From assembly GCF_009834535.1 (NCBI RefSeq), contig NC_045713.1:7564001-7628000 (forward strand): DNA of 64,000 nt, given 5' to 3'. Shown piece by piece: positions 63,906 through 64,000 of the stretch (position 1 is the first letter of the stretch; the number at the start of each line of letters is the position of its first letter). The notes under the pieces were generated by a model. The model searched no databases, had not been told where the DNA came from, and was given only the letters and a program-made list of their open reading frames with translations. Source of the stretch: Camelus ferus (taxonomy: Eukaryota). A program made the position numbers and the translations under genes.

Positions 63906-64000
63906 GTTACTACCGGTATTACAACAAGTACGTCAACGTGAAGAAGGGGAGCGTCGCGGGGCTGTCCATGGTGCTGGCAGCTTACGTGCTCTTCAACTAC
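63906..64000 (+). CDS. ATP5MF: ATP5MF exon 3 (partial, runs off the window)
   Basis: tgtttgcag|GT TAC TAC. Reads GYYRYYNKYVNVKKGSVAGLSMVLAAYVLFNY. Confidence 0.97.

Overview
Mammalian genomic DNA, most likely a camelid. This is inferred from ten copies of a tRNA-Ala-derived SINE resembling camelid Vic-1 and from cetartiodactyl-type L1 3' ends. The window is the SCAN/KRAB zinc-finger cluster next to ATP5MF (syntenic with human 7q22.1, reversed). Left to right: a dead KRAB-A exon; a CpG promoter of an unidentified minus-strand gene (~4.5-4.8 kb); ZKSCAN5 (minus, 6 coding exons, 8.1-22.4 kb); ZNF394 (plus, 3 exons, 27.2-33.8 kb); an unassigned KRAB-C2H2 gene (minus, 40.2-50.4 kb) in the slot where human has ZNF789 but not resembling it; an intact tRNA-Trp(CCA) gene; and ATP5MF exons 1-3, running off the right end. 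All exon boundaries were read by hand from GT/AG and phase. Each of the three zinc-finger genes has a single-base frameshift in its last exon at a short homopolymer. This is either real cluster decay or assembly indel error and needs raw reads to decide. Other points of interest: a twin-primed 5'-inverted L1 nested in a Tigger-type MITE, an inverted SINE pair bracketing a symmetric ZKSCAN5 exon, and 67 bp of perfect identity between two duplicated ZKSCAN5 finger exons. Orthologue comparisons and repeat-family names are from memory, not database searches. I found no evidence for a wholly new biological system.
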